Shown one piece after another: positions 1 to 12,428 of a stretch of 64,000 bases of DNA. The notes under the pieces were generated by a model. That model searched no databases. It was not told the DNA's origin and worked only from the letters and a program-made list of their open reading frames with translations. Source of the DNA: Antedon mediterranea (taxonomy: Eukaryota; Animalia; Echinodermata); the NCBI RefSeq assembly GCF_964355755.1, contig NC_092673.1, forward strand, positions 17,357,648 through 17,421,647, read 5' to 3'. The position numbers were made by a program, and so were the translations under genes. Numbering within the stretch: position 1 is the stretch's first letter; each line of letters opens with the position of its first letter.

Positions 1-849
1 CCATCCCTCTTCAATCAAATCCTTCCCAGTATAAATTTCAATTCAACAACTTCATAGTGAGAGACCAAGCCAGCGATATATAGCTATGATGGGCCTATGG
101 TTTAAGTACTTTGTAAACTGTGTAAATGAATAGGTGTAATATTGGCTAATGATTAAAATATCTAATTTTTAATTACCTCTGCCCCAGCCTTTATCCTCTC
201 CCCGTCCCAGCCACAATCAACAAACCTTAACGCCTCCCCAGGACAGTTAAAATGTAGTAACTGTTCCCAGTACAATTCCAATCATGTACCTTATTAACGC
301 CAGTATCTCCGCCCTTCCCCTCCCAACACAACCCGTAATGGGGTGATGTGTTTCCAGTACAATTATGTTGAGCCATCGTTTTCAAATGTAGTTTAAAACA
401 TTCCCAGGATAGGCCTACACTCCAAACTCCCAACCGCTTCCCAAGGATAATTAAAATACTTTAAAAAGTTTCTACTACAATTCATTGCGGTAATTTTGAT
501 ACCCCATATCTATGGTTACGAGCAGAAACAAACATCAAAATTGCGGAAAAGTGGGGCATTTTCACCATATTTTGGCCCCTAACTTGGATCCAAAATGGCA
601 GATAATGTTCAAATATAGTTTAAATTGAGGTCATTTTGTCGAACAAACATTATAAGTGGAGAAAAGTGAGGGATTTTGATCTTATTTTGGCCTCTAACTT
701 GGATTCGAGATGGCGATTCAAGATGTTCAAAAATAGTTTAGATCCTTCCCAGTACAATTGCAGTCATTTTGATACCCCGCTATGAATGAAAAAATATTTG
801 TATAATGAAACAGACAAACAAACATACAAACTCTCACTTATAATATAGA
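1..849 (-). mobile_element. Non-autonomous Helitron-like element (5' part; runs off window start)
   Basis: On the minus strand it begins A|TCTATATTA at 849, next to an (ACAA/ACAG)n microsatellite. The body is homologous to 57760-58530, whose copy carries the CTAG|T 3' end. Confidence 0.55.
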
Positions 850-1617
850 TTTGTAGTTAATTTTAAATCATTATAAATAAATACTTGTATAATTGTCATT
901 AATTGTATATTGTAATAATATATTTGTAAAGAATTTTAATACATCTTAAATTATAAATATAAATATTTAATATTTATCTGTGTAAATTATTATTTTTTAC
1001 ATTGTCATGTTGAGGACCCCTTCTGAAACAACTATCAAGCTTAAAGAGGGTGGGGGGGTGTGAGATTACACTTATCAATTCTAACAATTGATAAAATGCT
1101 TTTTAAATTTTGAATTTAATTTAGCAATTATTTCATTCAGCCATTACGATAAATACACCCGTCCATACAGTGATGAAATATCGGTATCATTAAGCAGTAG
1201 GACAATCTCGCCGAAAACGAGGCAGTTGAAATCTATGGATCATATAAGATTCAGTTTAATGTAGGTTTGTGTTTGCTGATACAGACCAATTGCTCAATTT
1301 CAAAATTTAATGGAAAGTAGATGACAAACAGACAGACATACATACTATTTTGTTATGTTTACAGTTTAGATACCTCAAGTTGTACACAATTAGCACACAT
1401 ATTTAAATTTTGTTTTCTTCAAGTATTGAAACACTGTACTGTATTTAGTTAAATTCCTCTACAATCTTATTGTGTTTTCATTAGTGTATATTGCAGCTAT
1501 GTTGATAAGAATGTGTTAAATGAAAACATTTGGTCAAATATGTATTTGATATGTTTTTGTTGATAAGAATAGTACTGATAATGTTGGAAGAATTTCATCT
1601 GGTTGTGGAATAGGTAT

Positions 1618-1767
1618 TACATAAAATTTCTTTTTGAACAACCAAAAATAGTATAAGCGAACTTACAGTACGTTTCGAAACCTATCAGGAAAATGAAGGA
1701 TAGGTTTCGAAACGTACTGTAAGTACGCTTATACTATTTTTGGTTGTTCAAAAAGAAATTTTATGTA
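1618..1767. repeat. Near-perfect hairpin: 69-bp inverted arms, 12-nt loop
   Basis: 1618-1686 is the reverse complement of 1699-1767 with one mismatch. Confidence 0.9.
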
Positions 1768-2285
1768 GTACTGATAATGTTGAAATTGTTTGTGTTGTCA
1801 ACAATGATAATAACAGTGTAATTTTAATCAAATCATGTAATAATTAGACACATGACATTCTAAGTGTATTGTGACCAAGACAATCATATTTTCCACTCAA
1901 CAACACAATTTATTGTGGATAATTTAACCCACAAGTTGTAGTTGTTTACAGGTACAATTGATAATGATAACTATTAATGATACAAATTTATCGATCTGTG
2001 TGAACTGTAATCTTAAAATGTCTGTTTAATTCATATTTTGCAATGTCAATGTTTTCATTCTTAATGCTGCATTTTGGGTAAAGTTTGACCTACTGTAATT
2101 AATATAATACATATCATAGTTCAATTCACAATAACATATTTGTTTTTCTTTTCTAAATACAGTAAATGAACAGAGTTTGAATAGTAAAAATAAAGAGGCA
2201 AAATACCTAGGAACTGGAAGTAGTCGGAAAGTCTTCCAATTTTTTTTTTAACTTGAAAGAACCAGTTAATTATATAGTTTGTTAA

Positions 2286-2632
2286 AGATGTATTGTCCCC
2301 CGAAAACATGACAAATAAATTTTAATACAATCAGATTTTGAATAGGCAATTTCACAGTTTTAATCAAGTTATTCACTTCTGTAGAAAAAAAATCATTACA
2401 AATAATTATTTCACTTATAAAAAGACAAAAGAAATGGTTAATTTCAACCAAAAACCATTGTCTTCCAGACAATTTAGGTATATTTTGCTTTAAATTAAAT
2501 TTTTTTGGGGGGAATTTTTTTTTTTTTGGTTTGTTTTTAGTCAAAGTGAATAGATATAAAATATGTGATATTAAAATGGCATACTCAAAAAAAAAATTTA
2601 AACAATTATTTTTTTAGGGGGACAATATATCT
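2286..2632 (+). mobile_element. Kolobok-type MITE
   Basis: TTAA TSD (2282-2285, 2633-2636); TIRs AGATGTATTGTCCCC / GGGGACAATATATCT; AG terminus; homologous to 43071-43414 and 21677-21902. Confidence 0.8.
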
Positions 2633-2685
2633 TTAATTAATGCTTTTTATATGCAGAATTACAAAAACAAAACGGGACAAACAAA

Positions 2686-3364
2686 TATGCAAATGAGACC
2701 AGGTAAACGGAAGTAAATAATTAAATCCTTGCGGCCTCTAATCCTTCCCCTTACCATACTAGACATAGACACAACTTTGTTGAATCTCACTGTGCTACTA
2801 AACGCCACTTCTCTAGCCCTGTTCCATACTTGATCCAGTAACGAACAATGCTTAAATCTAAATGAATGTTTGATGAATGATTGTTTATAGTGTTCAATTT
2901 GTTTGTACATTACTAAATTATATTTTTTTATGAATAAATTTTATAATGTCTATTTGTTAAATGAGAAGTTCTATATTTTGATGTTTTTTCACTTTCAATT
3001 CAATTTTGTAAATTAAAACTCAATTCAGTGTTTATGCTGCTATTTAATGTTTATATATTTGTTAATAAATACTAATGAATGAAAAACTTATTTGTTTATT
3101 TGTAAGGATAGTGTTTTTTTTTTAAAGGGGGAGATTTTAACATCGAGGAGATCATTATATCAAATTGTACGTGCTCATTGTGTATTATAGGAATAATGTT
3201 CATTTCACCATGGAGAAACTTATCCATGATTTCACCAACCCGCCGGAGATTGCAGCAGTGATAAAATATGTAGACAAATTGTGATTGCGCCCTCTATAAA
3301 AAATAAAGTTTATCACACCCACCACACGTTTTATACAGTTTCAGAAGAATGTCAAAAACAAGAA
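2686..3364 (+). promoter_or_regulatory. Putative promoter and first (probably non-coding) exon of the Roco gene
   Basis: GCGCCCTC-TATAAAA at 3287-3301 and donor AAGAA|GTAAGT at 3364/3365. Upstream block ATGCAAATGAGACCAGGTAAACGGAAGTA. All are conserved in the paralogous block at 49636-50181. Confidence 0.5.
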
Positions 3365-3589
3365 GTAAGTTTTGTTTCATTATTATCATACCATCTTTAT
3401 ACTGTATTGTTTTAATAGCAGGGCTTTTTTGGATCTTATATTCGTATTATAGTCTATAGGCCCTACCTAGCTAACTAGGCCAGGTCTAAGTAAAGTATCT
3501 AGGCTAGGCCTACTACTATACTAGCTAGGCTTAGGCCTACTAGCCGGTCTAGGCTTAGCCATCTACGTACTATACTACTACTTGGCCTA

Positions 3590-4675
3590 GGGGCGCTATT
3601 TCCGTTTCGCACCTGTCTTTTATTTCAACTCCAAATGTGTTAAGGAACTTTATACTGAATACCACACCTTAGAATTAGGCCTCATAAGTACTTTTACGAT
3701 GGAGAATCACAAAAAAAGTAACAAATATTAAATCCTTTAAATTGATGAATTTACAGACGTGTTTCTTGCACACAGTTTGTGAATTTCGCATAGGCCTACT
3801 CCATGTTCAATATTGATGTTTCTCATCTCTCTCATCTCATATCATAGCCTATTTCACCCACTGCTGTGTTAAGGCCGCCTCCAGCTGTTTCCATTTAGTT
3901 CTGTTCCTTGCCAATCTTTCCTACCCATGTTGCTGTTTCCATGTACGTTGTTATGTCGTCACGCCATCTTTTTTGCCGTCCTCTTCTTCTCCCTGTCCTC
4001 GGCTGCCATTCATTCAATCTCTTCGTCCATCTGTTGTTACTGATGTTTCTATGAAGCACCAAAAGAGCAACTATAATAGAGGGCTAAAAAGGCAATATAA
4101 TGCGTATATTTAATGCATCTAGGCCTATTGGTGAAAATTACGTTCAATTTCAATTTATTTTGTCAATGTTAATACAACTAAAATGTTACTGTTGATACTG
4201 TACATGGTTTTCGACAAATTCATCACCATAAAATGTAATGTAGGTTATATACCTAAATGATCTAAATCGCTGTTCCGCAACTAGGGGGCGCGACCCAAAC
4301 CGAAAAAAATTAATAGGTCGCGAAATTGTTTCCGATACTGAAACTTTTTTATCAATTATACACTGATCTATATGTGAAATGTTGTCAGTTTTATAGAATC
4401 TACAACACTGATTACATTTTTATCTACAGTTTTTGGCTTGGTTTGTAAGATCAAATACGCAATGTTGGGTCGCGAAAATTCCCAAAATAGGATCATGGGG
4501 TTGTGTATGCGAAATTCGCTAATATTGTACAAGAAACACATCTGTAAAATCATCAATTTAAAGGATTACTTTAAAGGGTTACTTTTTATGTGATTCTTCT
4601 TCATACAAATATTTATGAGGCTCAATTCTAAGGTGTGGTATTCACAATAAGTTTGGAGTCGAAATTAAAACAGCT
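3590..4675. mobile_element. Degenerate long-TIR MITE, interrupted by an RTE fragment
   Basis: About 3612-3722 is an imperfect inverted repeat of about 4578-4673 (e.g. GAATACCACACCTTAGAATT / AATTCTAAGGTGTGGTATTC). Confidence 0.5.
3820..4040 (-). mobile_element. RTE-clade LINE 3' fragment
   Basis: Minus strand translates to NRWTKRLNEWQPRTGRRRGRQKRWRDDI...ARNRTKWKQLEA (RTE C-terminus, frameshifted), followed by a (GATGA)n-like tail. Confidence 0.65.
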
Positions 4676-5003
4676 AGGGCCAGGCCTAACCTTCTATCTA
4701 GGCCTACTAATCTCTCTAGTCTCTTGTACTAGGCTAGACTAGTTATGGGTGTAATAGACGGTTGATCGGGATCACAGACAATCAGGCCCAGGCGATCGGG
4801 CAGCCCAATATTGTTGTAAGAAGATTGATAAAAGAGACGATCAGGCACAAAATAGAAATGTACGGGTCTAAATGACTCTCACAACTCAAACCAATAAACA
4901 ATTTTTGTGCTACCGAAGCCATCTTGCAGAGATGACAAACAGTTGTGACCAACTGAGCGTAAAAATGGAGAATATAATTATATATCACAAGAATTAGTAA
5001 TCT

Positions 5004-8000
5004 CAAAGAATATATATCACAAGAATGAGTATTCCGCGATTTTCCCTGTAACATTAATATTGTCCATGTGGTAGGGCGCCGCCATAAGTGTGGATGTATC
5101 TGGGATGTATACAACTTTTTGTGACGGTTTCACTAATCAAAGGCTGGACCACCGGTAGTATTTTCATGATAAAAAATGTTATCAACTACATGCCAACATC
5201 ATGTTAAATACTATTTGGATATTTAATTGTTCGTTTTATGCAATTTATTTAGTAAAAACTGCTGTATAAACAGTTTGCTTTATCAACCGGGCGCTACAAA
5301 TTGGTTTGGTAGATTGGGATGTGGTTTTCAATGACAAATCAGGTATTCAATCGTGGGACGAATTCGAGCATATTCTTGCGAAGAATATTGATGAGTGTAT
5401 CCCGATGAGGAAGGTTTGCCACGGAAGAAAACCTCTTTGGATGAACAAAAAAATTGAAAAGCAGATTGCCAAAAAGAATAAATGTTGGAAACAGTATGTA
5501 AAGGCCAAGAGAAAACAAAAAGTATGTGTGTCAGCAAAATGGTCGAAGTTTGTCCAAGTAAGAAATCAAACAGTAGATCTGATTCGATGTAGTAAATCTG
5601 ACTTCGAAAATAAAATAGCAATTGAGATCAAATCTAATGAAAAGTCTTTTTGGAGGTATCTCAGTTCTCAGATCAATATAAAGTCTGGTATACCCAACTT
5701 AACTGATAGTAATGGAAGGCATGTGTCTGATGACAAGGATAAGGCTGAGTTGCTAAACACGTTTTTTAGTAGTGTATTTGTCGATGAAAATTTTTCGAAT
5801 GTACCGGCTATTGATGACATTTCAGAGGATTTTTTATCTCAAGTTGACTTTCCTTGTGACGAAATCTTAAATATTTTATCAACGTTGAATATTACTAAAA
5901 CAGCTGGACCTGATGGTATTCACCCACGCATCTTAGTCGAACTAAAGGATATCATTTGCTATCCCCTCCATATTATTTTTACGAAATTGTTTCAAGAAGG
6001 AGCCGTCCCTAATAGTTGGAAACGGGCTACAGTGGTACCGATTTTTAAAAAAGGAGTGAAGTCTGACCCAAGCAACTATAGACCTGTGAGTTTAACTTCG
6101 GTAGTTGGTAAAATTATGGAGAGAATTATCAGGAAGGAATTATTGGACTTTCTTGAACATCACTCACTTATTTGTTATGAGCAATTTGGTTTCCGGCAAG
6201 GTCGTTCCTGTGCTTTACAATTACTTGATGTTCTTGAAAACTGGTTTTCTTATTTTGATAATCAGGATTGTTTTGATTGTATCTACCTTGACTACAAGAA
6301 GGCTTTCGATAGTGTGCCTCATCATAGACTCCTTCTGAAAATGAGTGCATTGGGTATTAGAGGTAAACTTCTAAACTGGTTTCAAGAATTTCTTAACGAT
6401 AGACAACAACGGGTTAGTGTCAATGGATGTGTTTCAGATTGGGCTGATGTTCGTAGTGGTATCCCGCAAGGAAGCGTCGTTGGACCTGTTCTTTTCATTA
6501 TGTTTATAAATGATTTACCTTCTGTTATTTCCTCCTCTGTACGCATGTTTGCAGATGATACTAAATTGTATAGAGTAGTTAACACTGTGAATGATGCTCA
6601 AGTTCTACAAGAAGATTTAGAGAAAGCATGTGACTGGTCTGACAAATGGCAATTACCTTTTAACGAGGGTAAGTGCAAAGTAATGCACTTTGGGAAGAAA
6701 AACAACAAACATCTGTATGCCATGCGTGGTTTCTTATTGAATGAAGTTGATCATGAAAAAGACCTCGGTGTTACTATTGACTCTAAACTTGTTTTTAATG
6801 TACATGTGGCAGATGTAGCAATGAGAGCAAATCGGAAGTTGGGCATGGTATATCGAGCTTTCAAGTTTTTAAATATGGATGGGTTTCTTCGTTTATATAA
6901 AGCTATTATTCGTCCGACCTTGGAATACTGCAACGTTGTTTTTAACTCGCTACATTGTAAGGAGGAAGACCTATTGGAAAAAGTCCAAGAACGTGCCACC
7001 AAGCTTATTTTTTCCATTCGTCATTTACCTTATTCAGAAAGGCTGAAAATTCTCAACCTACCTACTCTCGCATACAGAAGGCAAAGAGCTCATTTGATAC
7101 AGATTTTTAAAATTTTACATGGAGTGGATAGTATTTCTGCTGATTCTTTTTTTGAGCGTGATGAAGATGTTAGAACACGTGGTCATTCTTTTAAATTAAA
7201 ATTTAAGTTCTCACGCACAAATTGGATGAGGGACTCATTTGGTCGAAAAGCTATTATATTATGGAATTCGTTATCGGAGGATGTAGTAGCTTCAAGATCA
7301 ACCAATCAATTTAAGTCCGGTCTTGAACGGGCATGGTCCAACCACCCTCTTAAATTTGCGCCATATTCAAGAGTTGATGTAATTATCAAGAGGGGCTTAT
7401 AGGCATAGCCTAGCCTCGACTCCGGACCCAGCATTGCTGAGCTCCGGAAACAAGTAAACAAGTAAGTAAGTAAACAAGTATACAATAGCGTGACCGGGCG
7501 TGTTGGTGTTTACGCGTTTTCACGTAGGATAGTTTAATAATATTCCTATATTTAACTTGTTTCTGGTAAAACAAATAAATGTTAATGACATTTAACATTT
7601 TTTCCTATTAATAACATGTATCTTATACTAATTTATATCATAAAAACAATACTTAATTTACCGGGCGTAGAGTAGTACACGGGCAATGGTAAAGAATAGG
7701 CCGTGCTGAGTAACGATTCGTTGACTTTTGGTCTTGCTGTGTTAGGCCTTTTTTGTGAACTAACTTAGCATGTTAGTAAATAATTGTCTGTAAAAGTGAA
7801 TGTACACTAGTTTGTTAATAAATATGTATTATAAAATAGTTTACAATTGCAAAACTATTATCATAATTCTATTTAATGTGACATGTATAATATCTATTAA
7901 ATCAAGTCTTATTTAGTATGTATACATCCGCCCTTATGAGGGCGGGCATCACTTTCTGGAGCTCTCTGTTACAAATTTCTCATGCAAAAATCGCGGAATA

Positions 8001-8026
8001 CTCATTCTTGTGATATATATTCTCTG
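5004..8026. mobile_element. P-element-like non-autonomous transposon carrying a nested CR1 LINE
   Basis: TIRs of about 40 bp (CA(A/G)AGAATATATATCACAAGAATGAGTATTCCGCGATTTTT); 7-bp TSD GTAATCT at 4997-5003 and 8027-8033. Confidence 0.75.
5306..7402 (+). CDS. CR1-clade LINE ORF2 reverse transcriptase (5'-truncated, frame open)
   Basis: Motifs GPDGI, YRPVSLTS, QFGFR, LDYKKAFDSV, GIPQGS, FADD and C-terminal TRGH; no endonuclease domain; (AGTA)n tail at 7450-7480. Confidence 0.92.
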   Translation: MVDWDVVFNDKSGIQSWDEFEHILAKNIDECIPMRKVCHGRKPLWMNKKIEKQIAKKNKCWKQYVKAKRKQKVCVSAKWSKFVQVRNQTVDLIRCSKSDFENKIAIEIKSNEKSFWRYLSSQINIKSGIPNLTDSNGRHVSDDKDKAELLNTFFSSVFVDENFSNVPAIDDISEDFLSQVDFPCDEILNILSTLNITKTAGPDGIHPRILVELKDIICYPLHIIFTKLFQEGAVPNSWKRATVVPIFKKGVKSDPSNYRPVSLTSVVGKIMERIIRKELLDFLEHHSLICYEQFGFRQGRSCALQLLDVLENWFSYFDNQDCFDCIYLDYKKAFDSVPHHRLLLKMSALGIRGKLLNWFQEFLNDRQQRVSVNGCVSDWADVRSGIPQGSVVGPVLFIMFINDLPSVISSSVRMFADDTKLYRVVNTVNDAQVLQEDLEKACDWSDKWQLPFNEGKCKVMHFGKKNNKHLYAMRGFLLNEVDHEKDLGVTIDSKLVFNVHVADVAMRANRKLGMVYRAFKFLNMDGFLRLYKAIIRPTLEYCNVVFNSLHCKEEDLLEKVQERATKLIFSIRHLPYSERLKILNLPTLAYRRQRAHLIQIFKILHGVDSISADSFFERDEDVRTRGHSFKLKFKFSRTNWMRDSFGRKAIILWNSLSEDVVASRSTNQFKSGLERAWSNHPLKFAPYSRVDVIIKRGL

Positions 8027-8033
8027 GTAATCT

Positions 8034-8608
8034 ATAGAATAATAGAAATTTGTAACAAAGCGTGGATGCCCGCCCTCATGAGGGCGGATGTATACAGACT
8101 AAAGAAGACTTGATTTGACAGATATTATGTCATATTAAATAGAATTATGATAATATATATAAATTTGATTTCTTTTAATTTAATTTATATTGTTAAATGT
8201 TTATGTCTCATCTTGTATTTTTGTGAGGGTCCGTAATGGTTAGCTTCGGCTGGATGGACCACCCTCATAAAATATTGTTGAAATAAAAATAAATAAAACA
8301 TTTTATAAAACATATTTAATAACAAACTAGTGTACATTCACTTCTACAGAAAATTATTAAATTAGTTCACAAAGAAAGACCGAACCACAATAACAAACAT
8401 ATATTATCCAAATAGCATTTAATATGATGTATTGTTAGCATGTAGTTGAACATTTGTTATCATAGAAACATTACCGGTGGTCCAGGCTTAGATTAGTTTA
8501 ACCGTCACAAAAAGTTATATACATCCTGACTTATGGTGGCGCCCTACCACATGGACAATATTACAGACAGGGAAAACTGCGGATTACTCATTCTTCTGAT
8601 ATTCTTTA
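8034..8608 (-). mobile_element. Older inverted copy of the same P-like element (its left TIR remnant lies at 4968-5003)
   Basis: 8060-8390 is inverted-homologous to 7720-7950, and 8407-8608 to 5008-5220. Confidence 0.65.
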
Positions 8609-9096
8609 GTAAAACAAAAATAACATGCGTTTTTAGGGGATTTCAGGATACCATGTTAATTAAAGAATCGTACCTCCTGAATGGAGGATCGTATTTAAAA
8701 CCGCACTATAAAGATTGTCTGACCACCTGTTGAAATACATCCCATATGAATCAAAGAAGAATACATTCTGGTCAAGAGGGCCACATAAGCATTAATGCTT
8801 TAAGTCTCTAAAGGTAAATCCAGGACGAGGTAGTTGATGACAATCACTATCATCAGGCCTAAATATTGGTTTAAGAGGATATCAGTCACCTTTAATTTTG
8901 GTATTCGTATGGCACTCCACAATCTATCTGCCATGCCATGCTTTTGATTATTTTGAACTAGGGTTAGGTAGTGCCATTGTTAACCCACTCACAGTTCATC
9001 CTCATTATCACTTTGGTAATAGTAGTGTACAATGACAGAGTATTGACTAAGTTCATTTTATTATCACTCTGTGTAAATATAACCAAAATGGTAATA

Positions 9097-9282
9097 CAGT
9101 CAACTCTCCCAATACCGGACTCTCTGAAAACCAGAAACTCTCCCAATACCAGACTTTTTTTGAGGACCAAAAGGTCCCAAATTTATTTTTACCATTAAAA
9201 ACACATTCCGAATACCAGACTTTCCGGAAAACCAGACTTATTTGGCCGGCCCAAAGGTGTCCGGTATTGGGAGAGTTGACTG
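9097..9282. mobile_element. Tc1/mariner-type MITE
   Basis: 24-bp TIR CAGTCAACTCTCCCAATACCGGAC with TA TSD. Confidence 0.85.
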
Positions 9283-10342
9283 TAGTACAGAGAGTTATAA
9301 ACTGCTGTGTGTTCTATTTATTATCTTTGTTTAACATTAGAATACAATGTTAATATTAAATCTATGGTAAAGATTATCTATAAACAATTGTATAACAGGA
9401 AATCAATAAACAAAACAAACAAATCATTAATAACAATGTTAATATTAAATCTGTGGTAAAGATTATCTATAAACAATTGTATAACAGGAACTCAATAATC
9501 AAAACAAACAAATCATTAATATTAATAACAATGTTAATATTAAATCTGTGGTAAAGATTATCTATAAACAATTGTATAACAGGAACTCAATAAACAAAAC
9601 AAACAAATCATTAATAACAATTTCTACCCTGGTTTTCTGTATAAGTGTTATAATGAACTTGTTATCATATAAATTGTCCGACCAGAGCAATATGTAAAAA
9701 AATTTATTTAGATTATAAAGATAATAAATGTTTGCTAAAGTCTTATGACTGAACCAGACCAGATCAAATGTGAGATAACAAATTACCTACAGTCTTTAAT
9801 ATGACTATGTATAGTCCCCTGAACCAGACCAGATAAAATGTGAGATAACAAATTACCTATCAGAGGTCCATGTAGCCCAACAGAAGATTAACCAAAAATG
9901 AAATTTCAAATAAAACCAATTTTGACAAATATAGTCAGGGCCGTACACAGGATTTTATTTGAGTGGATGCGGATTAATATATTTTGGACCATTTTCATAA
10001 TATTGAGTGAAGACGATAAGACCCTATAAAATGTGGACCTTTTGCAATTTGGCGGGGTGGGGGGGGGGGGCTGCGTACGACCCTGATAGTGACCCATGAA
10101 ACCCAAAAAAAGAGAGCACATCAACCAGATCTAACATGGGATACCACATAAGACTAAATTAAAGTATTCATTGTGAATACCTGTTTTAACACCCACTTAA
10201 TAGCGTATGTGGACTTGTATCGGAATGGATGACACAATTGGGGGGGAGGGGGGGATGTCATGATAGTGACCCATGAAACCCAAAAAAGAGAGCACATCAA
10301 CCAGATCTAACATGGGATACCACATAAGACTAAATTAAGGTA

Positions 10343-10528
10343 CAGTCAACTCTCCCAATACCGGACTCTCTGAAAACCAGAAACTCTCCCAATACCAGAC
10401 TTTTTTTGAGGACCAAAAGGTCCCAAATTTATTTTTACCATTAAAAACACATTCCGAATACCAGACTTTCCGGAAAACCAGACTTATTTGGCCGGCCCAA
10501 AGGTGTCCGGTATTGGGAGAGTTGACTG
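10343..10528. mobile_element. Tc1/mariner-type MITE (duplicate copy)
   Basis: Same as 9097-9282; TA flanks. Confidence 0.85.
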
Positions 10529-12428
10529 TAGTACAGAGAGTTATAAACTGCTGTGTGTTCTATTTATTATCTTTGTTTAACATTAGAATACAATGTTAAT
10601 ATTAAATCTATGGTAAAGATTATCTATAAACAATTGTATAACAGGAAATCAATAAACAAAACAAACAAATCATTAATAACAATGTTAATATTAAATCTGT
10701 GGTAAAGATTATCTATAAACAATTGTATAACAGGAACTCAATAATCAAAACAAACAAATCATTAATATTAATAACAATGTTAATATTAAATCTGTGGTAA
10801 AGATTATCTATAAACAATTGTATAACAGGAACTCAATAAACAAAACAAACAAATCATTAATAACAATTTCTACCCTGGTTTTCTGTATAAGTGTTATAAT
10901 GAACTTGTTATCATATAAATTGTCCGACCAGAGCAATATGTAAAAAAATTTATTTAGATTATAAAGATAATAAATGTTTGCTAAAGTCTTATGACTGAAC
11001 CAGACCAGATCAAATGTGAGATAACAAATTACCTACAGTCTTTAATATGACTATGTATAGTCCCCTGAACCAGACCAGATAAAATGTGAGATAACAAATT
11101 ACCTATCAGAGGTCCATGTAGCCCAACAGAAGATTAACCAAAAATGAAATTTCAAATAAAACCAATTTTGACAAATATAGTCAGGGCCGTACACAGGATT
11201 TTATTTGAGTGGATGCGGATTAATATATTTTGGACCATTTTCATAATATTGAGTGAAGACGATAAGACCCTATAAAATGTGGACCTTTTGCAATTTGGCG
11301 GGGTGGGGGGGGGGGGCTGCGTACGACCCTGATAGTGACCCATGAAACCCAAAAAAAGAGAGCACATCAACCAGATCTAACATGGGATACCACATAAGAC
11401 TAAATTAAAGTATTCATTGTGAATACCTGTTTTAACACCCACTTAATAGCGTATGTGGACTTGTATCGGAATGGATGACACAATTGGGGGGGAGGGGGGG
11501 ATGTCATGATAGTGACCCATGAAACCCAAAAAAGAGAGCACATCAACCAGATCTAACATGGGATACCACATAAGACTAAATTAAGGTATTGTGAATACCT
11601 GTTTTAACACCCACTTAGTGTATGTGTATCAGAATGAATGACACAATTGCAGCAAATGCATAACTAACCAATTAGTTAATGATATGACTAGAAACCTACT
11701 TAAACAAATTAATTTCAAAAAAATAAAAGTTACAGTTATTTGGCTAAAAAATATAATTTGTTATAAACTAGAAATCTAGCTAGTCAACACCAAAGTAAAA
11801 GATTAGGTCTCTTTAAAATACAGTGTGTGGTATTATGTTTGGACACAAGAAAACCAAGTTTTTATGGAAAATCTTTATAGCCTCAATACTTCTGGGGAAT
11901 TAGAAGGTGATCCATGCAAACTTCAGAAGTTTAGAAGAAAATAAAGTGCAAAGGCTTTGAGTAAGAAATAGAAAAATGTGAAACTAGAGAAATAAAGGAG
12001 GATAAATTATGTTTTTTAATAATTTTTCTGTATATAACATACTCAATGTTTGACAATTTCATAGCTAAAATAATTTTTGTCAGAGATTTTTCTTATGAAA
12101 AAAAGTAATTGTTCAGTAGGAGTTGATCAGGAATTGTGTTTCATTTCGGAATCCTTTTAGCCATGTTTGTTTTTGTACTTGAGAAAAATGTTATGCAGAT
12201 TGTCAACAAGCTTACATTGATAAAAACAAGGGGCCTGATTATTATTAATGACCGTTGTGTGTTTGTGTTTACTGTTTGCCTGTTGCCCCTAGATACAGCC
12301 AAACAAATTGTATTAAAATCATTATCGTCAGTTTAATATTAACTTTGTACTGTATTTAAACAAAAGATAAAGTAAAAATCATCTGATTGTTTGAAACATG
12401 TATAAAGGTTATAGAAATGTTTGGTTAT

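Larger units (their letters stand above)
9095..11586 (+). repeat. 1246-bp tandem duplication, apparently identical copies
   Basis: 9095-10340 matches 10341-11586; identical ORFs at 9906 and 11152. Confidence 0.9.

Noticed and set aside
1681-1720. Hammerhead ribozyme in the hairpin
   Set aside because: CGAAAC is present, but there is no intact CUGANGA core on either strand.
2659-2910. 83-aa minus-strand ORF
   Set aside because: No recognisable motif; mostly missing from the paralogous promoter block.
3457-3592. CTAGGCCTAG palindromic clusters (also at about 50250, 51900 and 63300)
   Set aside because: Low-complexity, irregular motif scattered throughout the window; no consistent structure or function can be supported.
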